A stretch of DNA of 64,000 nucleotides from Trichosphaerium sp. ATCC 40318 (GCA_038496445.1 JALMLS010000466.1:434001-498000); one strand, 5' to 3'; shown: positions 39,970 through 54,954, counted from the first letter of the stretch. Notes: a model not told the origin generated them from the letters alone. Made by a program: numbers and translations.

Positions 39970-42900
39970 TTACAAAAGTGAGCCTCTTGGAGAGGATGTA
40001 CCCTCAGATAGTGAGTCAAAGCGATTTGCGCGGGCAGAACGCGTAGTGTTACGCAAAGCGCGCACAACACGAATTTCTGTGGTGAGCACATTGGCAACCT
40101 TACCCCTAAATATCCGTCAGCGAAAAAACATGCTACTAAAAAGGAGGAAAGCTCTTTCTAAATTCGGAGGGACCCAAATCTTACCATCTGCTACGGGCGC
40201 TTGGTCTTGGTGTCTTTCTAGGAGATAATCCTTCACCACCACTTATCAAGCTCTCTTCTTCTTCGTCTTCTGGGCCACCTTCAGCAAGGGACAAGCCATC
40301 GTTATCGTAACTCATTGGCTCAGCAGTAGGTTCTTCAGGCACACGAATAAACCTCAAGAGGAAGCCCTACAAGTGGTAAGTATGAAAATAAAGTGGTAGA
40401 GGCAACAATAGAATCACATACCCAAGGAAGCTCGATGATACCAGCTACAACACAGAATCCCCATTGCTTGATGTCTATACTATTGTAAGTGGCCAGTGCG
40501 GGACTAAAAAACACGTACTCAATGGTTTAGTTTGGGTGGCTTTGCCACCAAATTGAACAATAAGTGCTTGGACGGCCATGGTTGACACAATAACGCCCAA
40601 GAAAATCCAGTTGGTCCACAAGTGGCTAAATATATTGACACCTACAACGAGTATGAACACGGTAACCATAACTAATTGAGTACTTACCATCACCGAGTAT
40701 ACGAGCATTTAACTCATTGAAAATTTGTGCGAACACAAAAGCATTGAAAATAATTGTATTAGTGATTTCCTTTTTGACAACGTCGTTGTTTCCTGAGTAT
40801 AACCATGGGAACCATTTCTCGCCAGCATACAAGATACCGAACAAAAGGAACAATTGGTAAACGGAATGACCAATGATAAAGCGCCACATTCTAAGGAATG
40901 TTACTCTTTCTTCAAATCATTCTAGTACGTACTTGTATGTGATTAGCATACCATTACGGCCGTATGGTTTACGCTCGAGCAATGCAGGTGTTGGAGCCTC
41001 TGTGGCGAGGGCGAGAGCAGCGAGGGTGTCCATAATAAGATTAACCCACAAGAGTTGAACAGCTTTCAATGGACTTTCTCCTTCAGTGATAGCACCGACG
41101 AAAGCGATAGTTACAGCAACCACATTTACTAATAGATAGTTAATAATGTCTCTTCTAATGATTATAACACAGCGTACCAGTGAGCTGAAATTGGACAAAT
41201 TTACGAATAGAATCGTAAACATTTCTACCCCACATGACAGCCTTTACAATGGATGTGAAGTTATCATCAAGCAAGATGATATCTGAAGCGCTCTTAGCAA
41301 CTTCAGTTCCAGTAATACCCATAGCAAATCCTACATCAGCTTCTACGAGCTGTGGGGCATCATTAGTACCATCACCTTGAAATATGGGTAAGTAACAACG
41401 CTAAAAAAATATTGTGGAGTACCAGTTACAGCAACGACTTCACCCAACTTTTTCAATGCACGGACGACTCTGTATTTGTCACTTGGAGATGATCGAGCCA
41501 TAACTTGGAGGCGAGGAGCAATCTCAAGAACTTGAGCATCAGTCAATTGTCTGAACTTTGGACCTAGATGACGGGATAAGAGACTTTTCGAAACAACTTT
41601 AATTGCTCACCTTCAATAGCAATACCATCAGCAGTCAAGATGCCACATCGCTTAGCAATATTCTTGGCAGTAAGAATGTTATCACCAGTCAACATACGGA
41701 CTGTAATTCCAGCGCCTTGACATTGCTTTACGGCTTCTGGTACTTCTGGTCTGACTGGATCTTCAATACCAACAATAGCGATGAGTGTCATGTCTTTTAC
41801 AACATCGAAGTCATCTTCAATAGCTTTTTTAACAAGCTTTTTACCGTCTGGGAGTTTTCTTACAGCGAGAGACAAAGTACGCAAACCGTTTGAAGCGTAC
41901 TATTAGGTGTTACTAATGCACTAACGAAAATTGTAGGTACCGATTCAATAGTTTTGAGGAGTTCTTGCTTCTTTGCGTCAGTGAGTGTTTCCTCAGTTTT
42001 AGCACCATTCTTTGTAACCATGTAATCTTTGCACAAGTCAAGTAGAACTTCTGAAGCACCCTTGCAGTAGACAGTGTAGTCTGAGTCATTGTCCTTTATG
42101 ATAGTAGTCATCCTCTTTGCTTTGCTAAGCAGAATAATTAGTACCAAAGAAAGGTCTGCACTCTTACCTTGAGAATGGAATGATATGAGCGACATCAGCT
42201 TCTTTGCGGACAGTCTCGTATTTAGCACCAATTTTTTGGGTAAGAAGGAGCAAAGCACATTCGGTTTTGCTTCCAACGTAATCTGGTGGGCCAACATCTT
42301 GTTGGACAATGTAAGCGTTTGAGTTGACGCTAATTCCATCAACCAAAGCTTTGTATGTATCGGCATCAATGGAGTCTTCAGCAAGCTCATCGTCTTCATC
42401 AAACAATTTACCTAAAAAAACGTAAGGCTTCTTCCAACATCCACAATTATGCATACCGGCAACCCACGATTTGACAACGGTCATTCTGTTTTGTGTCAAA
42501 GTACCAGTCTTATCAGAGCAAATTTGAGTGGCGGATCCCATAGTTTCACAAGCAACAAGATGGCGAACCAAATTGTTGTCCTTCATCATTTTACCCATAC
42601 TGTAAGCCAAGGAAATGGTGACAGCAAGAGGCAAACCTAGAATAACTTAGAAGGTTGATAGCAAGCAAAAACACACCTTCAGGCACAGCGACAACTACAA
42701 TAGTAATTGAGGTAATGACAAACTTGACCATAATATCCAATTCTTTCCATTCCCAATCGATTCTGTCAACCATTCTGCCAACAGACCAACTAAATTCAAA
42801 ACTTAATTTCGTGCAACCTTTTGTTTGCGTTTGTACCGGATAATGAGAGCAAGGAAGATGAGCAAAGCAGCGCCAAATCCAAGTTTACCGACCATTTCAG

Positions 42901-44112
42901 CTAACCAATCTAGGCGTTCTTGGAGAGGTGTCTTTTCTGGCTCTTTGACAAGCAAACTCTTCAAAATACCCCATTGACTGCTGGTACCGACTGCAACGAC
43001 GACCATCTTACCAGTACCTTCAGCAATTGTACAACCAGAGAGGAAGATCATGTCTTTACCGCCCTTTTTGATTGCCATAGGTTCACCAGTCATAGAAGAC
43101 TCATCCGTTTTCAAACTGTGTCCCTCGATGTATAAACCATCTGAAATTAAAAAAATATTGTGTTAACACACTTTTCCGACTTTTTCGGGTTTGGTTTTCG
43201 TTTCTCGTACCAGCGGGTATGTAATCACCAGTTTCAAGTAGCACAATATCTCCAACAAGCAAATCGAATACAGAGATTACTTTCTGTTCACCATCACGAA
43301 CTACCTTAGCTGTTCTATCATTTGATCTTGTAGATAACTCTTTAAATTTTTGCGCTTGATTCCAATCATTACCGGCTGTCACAAGCGATACTAATCCAAC
43401 TATTTTGAAGTTAGAAAAGCGCCTTTATCTTCTTTTTGCAGCTCAAAAGTTCTTACCGGCTACAAGAATTGCAGTTCCTTCAATCCAACCGGTTTTGCGG
43501 TCGTGTCCTACGCTCATCTCAAGTATCTGATAATGCGTTAGTTAAAAAAAAAAAAGATACTAATTGGGCGTACGATACTGACGATAGCAGCGACTGATAG
43601 CAGCAACTAAGAATTTAGTGAGCGACGTGTTTTACGCGTTGGGAACACAAATTAACGCACCAAGATCTTATCTTGCAGTGCTTCCCAAAGAAAGGAGTAG
43701 AATGGAGGTACTGGAACCTCTGGGAAGCGATTTTCACCAAACCTATTGCATCACTAAGAATGAAATACCTTGTAATTGAAGAAACTAAGAACAATTGCTC
43801 TTGTGCGTGTAGAGTAGAAAACCGCTAAAAAGTTGCAAAAAGCCCAACGCACTCTTCAATTCTTTCCTCAAAAGGCGCTTCGCCCATGCTGAGACCCTCT
43901 TCTGCATCAGAACCAAGTTTTCTCACTAGAGCTTCAACAGCTCCGCTTTTTTGCAAGGTCTCCTCTGAAAAACCATTAATTAAGCTCTACATGCTCAACG
44001 CACTGTCGTCTTTATCTGTGATAAGGTCTACAAGTTCTTGGCGGCCAACTCCGAAGCCATCGCTTCTAATGTCTGCGACTTCAATTTCCACGAGGTCGTC
44101 TGACTTGTCCAT
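39970..44112 (-). CDS. Plasma-membrane-type Ca2+-ATPase (P2B)
   Basis: [71 protein letters not shown]-terminal CaM-binding-like [19 protein letters not shown]. Confidence 0.96.
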
Positions 44113-44435
44113 GATAGATAGCCGAAAACTAATCGATAAAACTTAATGCGTTTACCTTATGCATAAAATATGCAACACAAAGATTTAGGCGCCTAAAGTG
44201 TATAATTACGTGAACTTAGCGTAACCATGTTGTAAACCCTACATTCGGCATGCCTAAAGTGTCACTCAGTACGCAAAAATAGGACCTAAAATGGAACAAT
44301 CGTTTTTCGCGTTATTGGTACTCATAACATATTTCAAGAACTTACTTAGCGAGAAACAGGCACATTTCATAGCTAAGTCGTCAGTATCGTTTTTTTTAGT
44401 GCCTTAATTTGAACAACACAACAACAGCTAAAACA

Positions 44436-46061
44436 ATGTCGGAGAAACCACGTGTGCTTATTCTTGGTGGAGTAGGGTTTGTAGGACGAAATCTCGTTAC
44501 CTACCTTGTGAAGAACAACCTTGCCTCACGAATCTGTGTCGCTGACAAAGTTTTGCCCCAGGTTCGTAGTTAACTATTGAAACGGAACTGCTTCGGACTA
44601 TTTTGTAACGATCTGAATTAGACAGCTGGTTTGAGCGCTGAGGAGCTAAAGACTTATGAAAGCGAAATGGTTACTTTCAAACAAGCGAGTTTGGCTAAAG
44701 ATGGTTCGTTTTGTGCCCTTTTACTGATTTTAAATCAATGTAGCACACATCGAGAAAGTATTCGCTCACGATGGTGGAAACTGGAAGTATGTCATCAATT
44801 TGGCTGCTGTGACTAAATACAGTCAACCGTTTGAGGTTAGTCTCTGATCCAGCGCAGCGTTAGTACACTGTTACTAATTTGAGGCGTAAATACGCCCTCC
44901 CGTCACTCACGCGTCATGTCATAGGTATACAAGGAGAACATTATCGAGTTATCCCAAAAATGCGCCGCTGCTGCTAAAGCAAATGGTGCAGCACGTTATG
45001 TTGAGGTCTCCACTGCTCAAGTATACGATGCTGGTAAAAAACCATCTGTAGAGACTTCAAGTTTGAAGCCTTGGACACAACAAGCAAAGGTACAGAATAC
45101 TACTTATTCGCTAGCTACTGCAAAAAAAACAAAACTAAAAAAAAGTTATTGTATTCACATTTGTTAAAAAAGCAAAATCTGGCAAAGCATTGACCGTTAA
45201 ATTTTAGGCAAGTTTGGAAGCCGAGAACTCTGTAAAGGCCTGCAGTGGCTTGAACTACGTAATTGTTCGTCCTGCTATTATCTATGGTCCTGGTGACACC
45301 TCTGGCATTAGTACGTTATAATATATTTGTGAGTCGTTAGCGCCTTATACCTATTCTAGCTCCTCGTATTATTGCCGCCGCTACTTACAAGGTACTAATT
45401 CGTTGTTAATTTTATTTTTAAAATTCGCTTAAAATGATTACGCAACCAATATTGACCTGCTTTCTAGAAACGTAATAAGCCTATGGAGTTCTTGTGGACC
45501 AAAACTCTCAAGATCAACACTGTTCACGTCCGCGATGTTGCCACCGCTGTATTTTTCTTGTGCGAAAAAGGTGAATCTGGTGCCGTCTACAATCTCGCTG
45601 ATAAGAGCGAAACTGGTACGTGTAACGTTACAACCGTCAGCTGACATTCTTTTTTAAGACCAAGGAAGCATAAACAAGGTATTAGAAGAAATTTTCGGTA
45701 TCAAAACTGGTTTCAAGGGTACACTCATGTCCAAAACTGCTACAACTGTCTCCATGAAGACCGTAGCTGAAGTAGCCAATGATAAGCATCTCAAGCCTTG
45801 GTCCGAGCTTTGCAAAGACAAGGGAGTCCTTGACACACCACTTACCCCATACCTCGACGAGGAATTGCTTTACAATAACGGTCTATCAGTTGATGGTAGC
45901 GCTATTGAAAAGTTGGGTTTCAAATACAGCGAACCAAAGGTACAAAAATCTCGTATTTGGTGCATCACTAAGATTTTTTTTAGCTCAACGCTGGCCTTAT
46001 TCGCGAAGTCATTACAGATTTTGAGGCAAAGGGTTATTTCCCAAAAGGTGTAGCATCATAG
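44436..46061 (+). CDS. NAD-dependent epimerase/dehydratase (extended SDR)
   Basis: VLILGGVGFVGRNLV, INLAA, VSTAQVY, VRPAIIYGPGD, NTVHVRDV. Confidence 0.88.
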
Positions 46062-46268
46062 ATCCGAGTTTATCTTTGTCTTACTGTAACCGTTGTAAAA
46101 TGGCAATAAATACCTGTGTTTAAAAAGATCGTAGTTGTTTGTGACACTAAACTGTTTGAAGAAAGTAGATTACTTGACCGCCAACGTTTTGCCTTTTTAT
46201 TGGTTTTTTTTAACACAGAAAGAAACATTCGCAATTTTTGAAGTTGAAAGTTTACAAAAACAGAAAGC

Positions 46269-47663
46269 ATGTGGCGCGTTATTGCCTATGATCAAGTGAG
46301 CTTACACAGTACGCTTGCTTGGTTGTATAAATTGCTAAATAGAGCACAGGAACTTTATCATCGCGTAATTCGCGCTCGTTACGCGTAAAAGTACGTAACG
46401 CACAACGCCCGTTCTATTCAGGGCCAAAAACATCTGTTATGAGCCAAGTGTTGGAAAAAACGCCAAAACAGGTGCGACCATACTTGTACGTCATTTAATT
46501 ACGCCGTGAAGCACTAAACTCAGAAAAATAGGGATTTGTTAAGATTGGATAAGCCTATTGGTTCTCAACTGCTCTACGCACCCTGCACGTGGGGATTAGC
46601 ATTCGGGGCACATGCCATCGGTGGTCTACCTTCTCTAGGGATGCTGGGTACAATTCGACAGAAAAACAATCCTTTGACACTTGTAGGCCTATTCGGTATT
46701 GGATCTGTAATTATGCGCGGCAGTGGTTGTGTTATTAATGATTTATGGGATAAAGAAATTGACAAAAAAGTGTGAAATTTTTTGGTGAAAAAAAAGACTG
46801 ACATGTTTAGGTTGAACGCACTCGCTCAAGACCTCTCGCTAGTGAACTCATTTCGCGCACACAAGGTACCTGAATCTAATGCCTAGGATCGAAGTACTTG
46901 AACTCACGTAACAATAGCTATTGGATTTCTGGGTGTCAATATGTTAATGGGTACTTCATTCTACTTTGGTAAATTTCTAATTATTGCAGGCCTTGGCGTT
47001 TTATTGCAGTTAAACAATCTTTGTATAGCTTTGGGTATTACAGTTTTACCACTTGTCGCTTTGTATCCAGCAGTTAAACGTGTATCTTATTGGCCTCAGC
47101 TGGTTCTTGGATTCACATTCAACTGGGGAGCACTAATGGGCTTTGCAGCAATCACGGGATCAATCTCAGCTGTACCAATATGCCTTTATATTGCAGGGAT
47201 CAGTTGGACTCTTATTTATGACACGATATATGCTCATCAAGATAAGAAAGACGATATAGTGGCTGGCGTTAAATCAACAGCTCTTTTATTCGGTGATAAC
47301 ACAAAGTACGATCTTTTTTATTTGCAAGTTTTTTTTTCTGAAATCCGAAAAAATGCTAAATGTGTGACAAGTTTTAGCGAAGCTTTTTGCTAACACTTAC
47401 CTAGGCGTACTTTATATGCTTTTACAGCAATTACAAGCACTGCGATGGTTGGCGCTGGTATAATGGCAGGTATTGCTTGGCCTTTCTATGCCTTTGCTGC
47501 GGCAGGAACTGCACAGCTATGCTGGCAGATAAAAACAGTTGATTTAGATAACCCTAAGGATTGCATGAAGAAATTCGTCTCCAACAAACATTATGGCTTG
47601 CTTATGTTTGCAGGTGTATTTTTTTCGTCACTTATGACTTATATGCCAACATTGGCGTTGTAG
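46269..47663 (+). CDS. COQ2: 4-hydroxybenzoate polyprenyltransferase
   Basis: [57 protein letters not shown]. Confidence 0.95.
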
Positions 47664-48241
47664 TTAAACAAAAACACAAAGAACAAAAGATGTCTTCTTT
47701 TTTACCTTTTTTTTTCTTTTGTTCGTCACAATTTTGACACAACTTCGTTTGGATAATGTACGCTCTAGGCTCATTATTGTGTAAAAGAAGAAATAAACGA
47801 ACTCCGTCTTATTTTAAGTCCGTAAAGAACGGACAAAAAAATAGAGGTAAAACTCTGCCAACTCGCCCAAAATCTCGTTTTGTTATTAGCTAGATGCTCT
47901 TGTAAATTCCCAGCACTTCCGAATAATGTCAAACACAGGGAACAGTTTCATATCATTTCATGTTTAATTGTAATACACGTGAAGGAACAGTTATAAGACG
48001 AAAGTTTTTGGAAAGGGAGTTTATTGTGTACTAGTTATCAACTCAACCAAAATAAAAAAATTGTTTTAATCTGTGTTTTGGTATGAGTTTCATCGTTTGA
48101 GTGGGTGGTCCAATTTTAACCTTTTTACCACGTGTGCTGTAGTGTATCGGGACTTTTTTGCCATTATTTTTTTTGTAACTTTTCAACCATGGTATTCGGT
48201 AATCGCACAAACTCAAAGTAAGCGACCCTAGCAGTAAGCTC

Positions 48242-50511
48242 ATGTCGTCTAAAAAGAGCAGGGGCACTAGGAGCCCCCGCAGGGCAGGAAAGAAGAGCCG
48301 AGCGCCATTACAAGGGGAGCTAAATACTACCGAAGCCTTACGAACAACTAGTAGCAAGTTTGGTTGTAGCAAAAACACTATTAGCATTAATAGCAACAGC
48401 AGCAAAGCAAAAACCCAAAAACCCCGCAAGCGCGAGAGTAGCAGCACAATCGCCTCTTCTAATGAAAGCTCGTCGAGCACTTTAAACCTAATACAAGATT
48501 TACCAGAGGAGGTATTAGTTCAGGTGCTCTGCATGCTAGACGCAAACAAGGTAATAGAATTCGCAGGGGTGTGCAGTGCCTGGGCTCGTATTGCACAGGA
48601 CGAGATTCTTTGGAAGACTTTATGTTATCGTCGCTACCATAGCATTGAACAAACTACTATTTCCCAATGCGAAACGTGGAAGCAAGTTTTTTACAACAAA
48701 ACATTGCTAGAAAATAAAACCTGGATTCCGGCACAAACGAAGGACATGAAACCAATTAAAACGTTTTATAACGAATTTTTGGGTACGGCTTTTTCTCTTT
48801 TTTTTTTTTTTTTGTCACTTTCTTTTCCCTGACGGCGTGCACCCCTGATTTTTAAACTGTTGATCATTGAATGTGCTAATTTCCACTTACAGCTATTACT
48901 TGCCTCGACTACAGCGGTAATTTATTAGCTACTGGTGCAGGTTTACAAGATGAAGCTTTTGACTTGGTTGCTGGTTCGTTTTTTGCAGACAAGACAGTAA
49001 AAGTATGGGACATGGATACCGGAAAGCGATTACACACTTTAATGGGCCATACAGAGTCAATTACAGATATCAAGATTTCGTACGTTTCAAATTAACCCTT
49101 TGTAGTTACACATAACGCGTGTGGGTGCAACCCTCATTTTCTTGACTTCACCTCTAGAAAAACAAAAATTCTCAAAACTTTGATGTTTTTTTTTAATTAT
49201 TATTCTCGCTCTATATTTAATTGTAACATTGCTTTATTATAGGGGCAACATGGTAGCTTCCTCTAGTTTTGATCATTGCGTAAAGGTTTGTGAAATTACT
49301 TGTCCTCTTTGTTTTCTGCGTTACTTCACGTTGTTTTACTAAAACATTATAAAGCTATGGCGGTTACCAACAGCTGAAGACTATGATTACGATGAAGATG
49401 ACGAAGATGATGTACCATCTCTCCCAAGTGACTACGAGTACTGTGTATTTACACTAAAAGGCCACCGGTATGTATAACTACTAAATGGGCATCCCTAAAT
49501 CCCGCAATTTCTGATATTCCGAAAATCGTAACTCTGGAGTAGTAAAACTGTTGAGAGCGTATACTTGGACGATAGAAAGGTTGTGAGTGCTGGAGGCGAT
49601 AGAAAAATAAAAATCTGGAGCGTGCGATCGGGGCAGTGTCGAGAAACGCTAGGAGGACGTCACTGTGGTAAGTATTGTTTGTTTTGTAGATTGGGCGTTG
49701 TTTTCTAATTTATTGTTTAGAAGACGGTCACCGAATGGCTATTTTATGTATGGACTACAAGACTGGTAAAATCTCAACTGGTAGCAAGGATCATAATGTG
49801 AAACTATGGGATATGCACAAGAAAGTAGTTATTCGTACTATGGAGGGTCACAAACATCCAGTTTGTAAGTTTTTTGAATTTTTTTTTTGTTTTTTGCAAA
49901 TTCTTCCTAGCGTTCTTGTTTTTCTTACAGTGTCTGAAAATACTAAGTGTTCCTTTTGTAGTGAAAGTACGCATGGACGACCGATTTATCGTGAGTGGAG
50001 GACAAAAGAACATAAAAATTTGGGACAAGTCATCTGGCGAGTGTATACGCTCTATTCGTGGTCACTCAAGTGTTCTACCACCTGGGTGGATATCTGGCCT
50101 TCAATTTGACGAAAATAAAATCATTACATCGTACGTCTGTACCCTTTATTTTCCGTTTTCCTAACTTGAGGTTTTACTCAATCAATTTTTTTTGGTAATA
50201 CTTTTTTTCTAATGTTCTGGTTTTAGTGCCTTTGATCGTACAGTTAAGATTTGGGACTTCAGGACAGGTCGGTGCTTGGCTACATTGAAACCACACAAAG
50301 AACGTGTAACGTGTTTGAAATACGATAAAGGCCGTCTAGTAACAGGTTCAAAAGATAAAACAGTGAAGGTACACCAACAAAAAATATTGCACGTTTTTAT
50401 TTCTTACTGTTGCCAAAGATTTGGAATTTTGGTGCTGGTGGTGCTAGTACATCTTCCTGTCCAGCTTTGAGCGAAAAAGGTTCCTCAAAAAATGGATGTT
50501 CTATTATGTAA
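48242..50511 (+). CDS. F-box/WD40 protein with C-terminal CaaX (CSIM)
   Basis: F-box DLPEEVLVQVL...VCSAWARIAQDEILWK; multiple WD repeats (DKTVKVWD, DHNVKLWD, DRTVKIWD); last exon ends GCSIM*. Confidence 0.9.
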
Positions 50512-50795
50512 TGTGTGTTTAAACGCCTGTCACTGTGATCAGTTAGATGTTACTTTCCATTTCTCCTTACGTGTAATTTTGCTGGTGAAGTACGTACTAC
50601 TGACACGGCATTTGGTCTGTCTTTTTAAAAAAGAGCAGAGAACTTGTAATTTAAATAAATCGCCAAGCGAATATAGGCTACTTTTTGTGTACCTGTTCTT
50701 TTGTGCGACATATCGCACTATTGGCACAAAAAAAAGTGAACAAGTTGCAAGGAAACAAAGACTCTTGGACGCTTTAATTTGGCCTTTTTTTTATT

Positions 50796-53116
50796 TTACT
50801 CTTCTGTGTTGTAGTGCTCTACACGTATTAATTTTGAAATATTTTGATTCAAAATCGTTGAGAACTTGTATATGATGTGTTCTAGGCCCATTGAGGCAAT
50901 AGTTTCAGAAGGTTTTTCCTTTTCAGCTAATAATGCCTTAACCACTATTTTGTAACAGATTTTAGTTTTGTGATCCTACAACAGTCTAAAATGCCGTACA
51001 AATATGAGAGGCAGATCTAAACTGCGAGGAAGCAGCGTCTTCTTGAGAAGCAACTGAAAACCATTACATTGAAAAAAATAAGAAGGCAAACGCGTAGCTG
51101 TCTTACCTTGTAGTAGTTGACCCAGTAGGCGCTGCGAAAGAAGTCTAGGATGTCTCGCGTAAAGAGCTCTAAAATTTGCTTCTAGGATGTACCAGGCTTC
51201 TTCTCTGACTCTTACATCGCTGTCCCGGCAACAATGGCTTACAGTGGATACAGTAGCGTCATCTAAGCGGAGATCTGCTAGTATTTGTAGCGCTTGGATG
51301 CGAACGGTTGAAGATTGGTCTGATGTTGCCAACTTCTGCAAAGATTCCTGAGCAAGCCCAGAAATTGGCGGAGTAAGCTTGTTCCACAGGGTAACAACAC
51401 CTGATTGGTGGTAAAAAAAGTACTGTTGTTTGACAATAGGGTAGCGAACCTGAAATACCTTCTTGTCGAATGCTAAAAGGAGTAAGTACTGTTTAGGATT
51501 AATTAGATAATACTACTCACTTCATCGTTGAGTCTTGTAGCATAGCTACGAATAGGATGATTGCGTGATTTTCCTTCGGTAGCGAGTAGTATGAATATAT
51601 CGTGTTCAAAAAACGTGCAGCTTTCTGTCTTACTAGTGCCGGAATGTTACATTGTTTTGTACGATTTTTTGTAGAACCTTTTGATGAGTAGACGGACATA
51701 AGTTTGTCCATGCTGTTTAGTACGAGCTTTCTAACTCGTATTGACATCTCCATCGCTTTACAGATTGTTTCGGATATGCCTAAGATTGTACTTCGTTAAA
51801 CGAAGAGTTTACTTGTTCGATATACTGTACGTTTTATGCCCTTCATGTCAATGCTGTGAGCTGTTTTTGATGTACTTTGTACTTGAAAAAGTTAGTACTG
51901 GAGCTATCTTTGTATGCTTACCAAGCATATGTAAGAGCCATGGTAACCTCTGCTTCATGTAGAACATATCGTTGTCACAAACAAATGCTAACATTGACGC
52001 TATGCAGGACTTAGTGAGACACATAGTCCATCTGTTACCTGCTACTGTGCATGTTGGATCATCGTGTTGCTGTTGCACTACTCGGAGCTGCAAAAGTGTA
52101 AGCGTGGAGTAGTGTCATGGAGCTTACGATAAGATCTAGGCAGCAGTCTGATACTCCAGCAAACTGTGTGTACGCATCTGCTATTAGGGAGAATACTTGC
52201 TGTACAATAGTTCTATCTCGATCAACATCTAGGCTACACGCGGCACAGACTACAAGTTTTAAACTTGCATACACTATTTAGTTCGTTATTGATTAACATA
52301 AATTGCTACGTACGTTCGGATGTTGTTGACGGAGGCCAAAATCCAGTAGGTGAATCTTTCGCCGATAACAGGTATTGTACTATATGAGATACTTGCATGC
52401 TAAGCCACCAGCCCGTAAACGCCTATGATAGAAAGTCAAGTCATAGCTTAACAGCGCTTAAGTTGCTAGAAGCCCTCGATAGTTGGCTTGGCGCAGGTAA
52501 ACCCATTTAACTTGTGCTCAGTCCACAATATACCGTTTTGCTATGCTAGTGCCAATTAAATCTAGTGGCATGCCAGAATCATCGAAAACGCTTGCAACAA
52601 CCTCTCAAACTGTGGATAACAAAAACAAAACTTTTGACCAAGAAGTTGGTTGTCTATTCTCTTCTGCCATTTTCCATGCTTGTTCAGCTCATCATCATAT
52701 CTTGCCCATTGCCGCCTTCTTCGAAAGAAGTGGCCAACACAAATATGCTGATGTGTCCAAATCGATAATAAATAGTTGAATCTCAACTGGAAGATGTAAT
52801 AGATGGCAAACATCAGATTGCAAAGTAAATCCCTATTTATCAGTCATTTGGTACTTTATTTTAGCTAATGATACACTATCAATACCTTTGGTGCACCAGT
52901 GTTGGTACTGGCGAGCATTTTGAGTGTTAATAACTTGTTTCTGACTTACAGTGAGGTCAAGGGATGTAAACAAAATAATAGCCAGGGCTACCAATTTATA
53001 AGACATACAACTGTGTGCTTTTAGTATTTGCTTACATTGTATGTGGCAGAAATCACGTGTAATCGCTACTGACACGCTTTTGTCGAGAGACACGTTGGTA
53101 CGCTGTTTGGATACAT
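50796..53116 (-). CDS. Hypothetical HEAT/ARM-repeat-like protein
   Basis: Multi-exon ORFs with DQSSTVRIQALQIL and CRDSDVRVREEAW HEAT-like motifs. Boundaries are approximate. Confidence 0.5.
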
Positions 53117-53306
53117 TGTTGTGCGGAAACGTTTTTATTTTGCTTTTCTTGCACCGATTTCTAGCCTATATGGTTAACGTTGGTTGAATGCTAGTTATTA
53201 AACGAGTGCACGGTTTCTACATAAAGCTGTACGGGCCATCCAGTTCTAGAAGTGCCGTGGGATGTTAATCATCGTCTAATGATATCAAATTTACTTAGGT
53301 GCTTAT

Positions 53307-54746
53307 TTATTGCTCAACTACAGTTTCAGGTTGTCCATTTACTTTAAAGTTAAATACATCAGGCCTGTTATAGTGTCCAGTCTAAATCGTAGTGAATACA
53401 TTACCAGTAGCGCAAAGCAAAAATCAATAGAGGACGTACAACATCGAAATCCATCTTTCCTTTAACAATCAAACTCAAGTCAAGATCGTGAACTAATAAT
53501 GTCTCTTCCTTGTCATTGAACGCTAGGATATTTCCGAAAGGATCTATAATAGCACTTCCACCACAACTCATCACTTTTTTAGCTTCCCTGTCAGCACTAA
53601 AACAACAAAAAATAAGCAAAAACGGATCAAGGCCGAAGTTTGGTAAGAGAATAAAAAATCACGTGCTCTGAAATCTCCTCTTTTAAGGGCATATCTTCTG
53701 GGTACATGTCAGAAGTAAAAAACTGGTTACAGCCAAGGACAAAGCATCGTCCCTCTTGAGCAATAGTCTAAATAGTAACATTTAGACACCAAGTTTGAAA
53801 GTTCTTTTTTTTGAAGTAACCTGTAGTAAAGGTGTCCACGTGGTTCTTGCATCTGCAGTAGGAGCAACATAAATATCAACACCTGTACAATAAATTTATA
53901 AGCTTGTATGTCCGTTTTAAAGATTATTTGCTGAGAACCTTTGTTGTACATTGCCATACGTGCCATAGGCATGAAGTTCTCCCAACATATTAGACCGCCA
54001 ACAGTAACGCCGAGTTTGGTCTTTATAGTAGTAAGCGTAGATCCATCCCCTTCGCCCTATAGTACACGATTAATACAATTAATAGCTTAGGTGTGTTTGT
54101 ACCCAAATGACACGTTCCTGACCTGTCGGTTTAAGCTTCCTATGTTTCCCAAGTAGCTCCCCACTTGGACCAAAGTATAAAATTGAGCAATACAGTGTCC
54201 CTATGTCACATTACATCTTAAACAAAGAAGTGAGTTACCTTTAGTGCGCTCCATAACACCCACGGCCATGTACATGTTACTCTCACGTGCCATAGCGCCT
54301 AAAAGTGTTACCATTTTTATGTAGTGTACTGTACAAAAGTACCTAATCGCTTAGTTTGTGGTCCTGGAACATCAACTGAGTTTTCGTAGTACTTTTGCCA
54401 CAATTCTCTTCCCTTTTCTGCTCTTGACCCAACAACAGTGCCAAATGATAACCCTCTTGGGTAACAAGGTACTAAAGCCTATAGATAATCAATCACGTGA
54501 TAGCACGATTAATGATTTGTAAATGAAGGTGAGATATCAAAAAAAACCCTAAAAAGTGTACCTCAGGAAACACAACTAACTGTGCATTCTCTTTTGCTGC
54601 TTTAGCAACCCATACACCTATTTTCTCGATTGTTTTGTCACAATCAAATCCAACACTACCAATCTGAGCTACAGCAACGCGTACTACACGTAAATTAATT
54701 GTAGAAATGATAAATAACCTAAAAGCGTACTACTTTTTGAAGCCAT
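53307..54746 (-). CDS. Nitrilase (branch 1, carbon-nitrogen hydrolase)
   Basis: Catalytic triad motifs [12 protein letters not shown] and [10 protein letters not shown]; C-terminal [14 protein letters not shown]. Confidence 0.92.
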
Positions 54747-54954
54747 GATAGAAAAGTCCAAAACAATACAGTTTACAATGCCTTAAACTCGTTAAGTACT
54801 GCTACGCTACGAATCCACAAAAACAAATTCATAGTGATGCTAATGCGAAGAAGGGAGTGTCGTTTGATGGTAATCTCAATTTTTTATTATTTCTTTCGCT
54901 GTTACCGTAAGTACAAAGTTTCTTATAAGAAGTGTTTTTTTTTCGACTGTAATT

